Part shown: positions 35,361 through 36,467 of the stretch, piece by piece
Layout: every line of letters starts with the position of its first letter
Position numbering within the stretch: position 1 is the stretch's first letter
Virus record (IMG/VR): IMGVR_UViG_3300028025_001304
Span: 1 to 36,467 of that record
Length of the DNA stretch: 36,467 nucleotides
Reading direction: 5' to 3' (one strand)
DNA from: a virus
Lineage: Duplodnaviria; Caudoviricetes
Position numbers and translations under genes: made by a program
Notes under the pieces: model-generated
Database searches by the model: none
The model's input: the letters and a program-made list of their open reading frames with translations, nothing else
What the model was told of the DNA's origin: nothing

Positions 35361-35394
35361 AAAAGAAAAGGCGCTTATGGGCGCCTTTTGTTTT
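35361..35394. terminator. Bidirectional intrinsic terminator
   Basis: AAAAGGCGC-TTATGG-GCGCCTTTT flanked by A and T tracts, between convergent genes. Confidence 0.85.
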
Positions 35395-35411
35395 AGTTTG
35401 ATAGGATAGCA

Positions 35412-35471
35412 TTAAAGATCGTAAATTATCGCTATAAGACCCGCTATTATTGCAGCCGAGATAAGTATCAT
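35412..35471 (-). CDS. 19-aa hydrophobic peptide MILISAAIIAGLIAIIYDL (not in ORF track)
   Basis: ATG 1 nt after the upstream stop; ends just before the terminator. Confidence 0.5.
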   Translation of the reverse strand: MILISAAIIAGLIAIIYDL

Positions 35472-35472
35472 A

Positions 35473-35700
35473 TTAGGCCGCCAGCTTGTTTAATTTTAGC
35501 CACTCATATACGTATGATTTTATAAGGCCATTCGCGCCGTACTGCAATAATGATCCGCTTTTAAAATCTTTCGGGCGGTCTTTTGTATTGCGCTTAACTT
35601 TATACGCGGCCTTAGGGTTTACGCCTTTAAATATACAGGCGTCATCGTAGCTTTCAAAAATTACATGTTCATTTGTATCATGATCAAGTACTTTATACAT
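35473..35700 (-). CDS. Hypothetical early protein
   Basis: GAGG RBS; coupled to the upstream stop. Confidence 0.7.
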   Translation of the reverse strand: MYKVLDHDTNEHVIFESYDDACIFKGVNPKAAYKVKRNTKDRPKDFKSGSLLQYGANGLIKSYVYEWLKLNKLAA

Positions 35701-35701
35701 T

Positions 35702-35848
35702 TTATTGGCCTCTTAAGTATTGTATAAAATCCGCCTTTGCCGCGCGGGTAGAATAAAAATAGTATTGCTTAGTCACTAAGTAACCATTATGAATTGCGCT
35801 TAACACTAAGGCGCCGTTATGTTTATTTTTGCTTACTATAATATCCAT
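35702..35848 (-). CDS. 48-aa early protein MDIIVSKNKHNGAL... (not in ORF track)
   Basis: GAGG RBS within the junction repeat; fills the gap exactly. Confidence 0.75.
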   Translation of the reverse strand: MDIIVSKNKHNGALVLSAIHNGYLVTKQYYFYSTRAAKADFIQYLRGQ

Positions 35849-36072
35849 TTTATGCTGCCTCTCTTAAATCGTATTGCATGGGGTAATCTCGCGGTTCAAT
35901 TGTCAAACATATCTGGCTGCAGCCATTTTCTCGGATTGTATGCCGCTCGTACGTTATAACGCCTTTTAGCTCTAAAAATTGGCTTTCGGTAACTTCGCAA
36001 ATATCTGGTTCATTATCCGCATTAGTGCAATATGAGAAAAATCTAACATTAATATCCATTTTATGCTGCCTC
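35839..36072. repeat. 23-bp gene-junction direct repeat
   Basis: TAATATCCATTTTATGCTGCCTC at 35839-35861 and 36050-36072. Confidence 0.92.
35850..36059 (-). CDS. Hypothetical early protein MDINVRFFSY...
   Basis: Start at ATG 36059 in the junction repeat rather than 36083. Confidence 0.7.
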   Translation of the reverse strand: MDINVRFFSYCTNADNEPDICEVTESQFLELKGVITYERHTIRENGCSQICLTIEPRDYPMQYDLREAA

Positions 36073-36438
36073 GCTTTCATCATTTAATAATGCTAATAAA
36101 TCATTTTTAGATATATTGCTTAAATTGCAGCCAGGTATCACGTCATAGCCAGCAAAATAAACAAGCAAATTTACGATCTTTTCGGAATTGATATCATCGG
36201 GCTTTAAATTGCTTTCACCAAAATGATTGTTTTCTTGCTCAATTACATAAGCTATGGCCTCAAATGGATCAACACCATGTGCTTTTAGCCATTCTTTAGC
36301 TTGATAATATCCGATAATGTAATAATCTTCGTTAAATGCCTCAAAATGAATATCATCATAATCATCACGTTCATCATCGGTATTTAACACGGTTTCAATT
36401 AAATGCTGCAATAACTCTTGTTTAATAGATTGATTCAT
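36061..36438 (-). CDS. Acidic early protein, possible Ocr-like DNA mimic
   Basis: AGGGG RBS; 26 D/E versus 7 K/R in 125 aa; the function is inference. Confidence 0.7.
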   Translation of the reverse strand: MNQSIKQELLQHLIETVLNTDDERDDYDDIHFEAFNEDYYIIGYYQAKEWLKAHGVDPFEAIAYVIEQENNHFGESNLKPDDINSEKIVNLLVYFAGYDVIPGCNLSNISKNDLLALLNDESEAA

Positions 36439-36467
36439 TTTTACACCCCTAATAAAAAGTTAAATAT

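Noticed and set aside
1-36467. Alternative genetic code or stop-codon reassignment
   Set aside because: Standard-code ORFs tile the window densely, and TAA, TAG and TGA all terminate well-supported genes.

Overview
This window is most of a tailed dsDNA phage genome with a podovirus-like gene layout. It lacks only the 5' part of terL, terS and part of the early region. An embedded Rz/Rz1 spanin pair indicates a Gram-negative host. The + strand 1-24.6 kb is a late operon: terminase large subunit, three small Lys-rich proteins, a GroES-like co-chaperonin, P22-like portal, ferritin-like protein, scaffold, P22-like coat, decoration proteins, adaptor/hub, a multi-part receptor-binding cluster, a cupin-SET fusion, three ejection proteins, a lysis cassette and a metallophosphoesterase. 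The - strand 24.8-28.6 kb carries VRR-NUC, a SNF2 helicase and small genes, including a tandem array of framework-plus-variable-insert paralogues. The + strand 28.7-35.3 kb carries a Cas4-like nuclease, putative SSB, family A DNA polymerase and primase-helicase. The - strand 35.4-36.4 kb carries small early genes joined by repeated junctions. Three free-standing HNH-type endonuclease genes are present. I saw no integrase, repressor, tRNA, CRISPR array or reverse transcriptase. The most unusual signals are the modular variable cassette array (26.1-27.0 kb), the cupin-SET methyltransferase in the virion operon, a three-way-junction structured element where the two arms converge, repeated gene-junction sequences, and the apparent absence of CCGG. 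All family calls come from motif recognition by eye, not from database searches.
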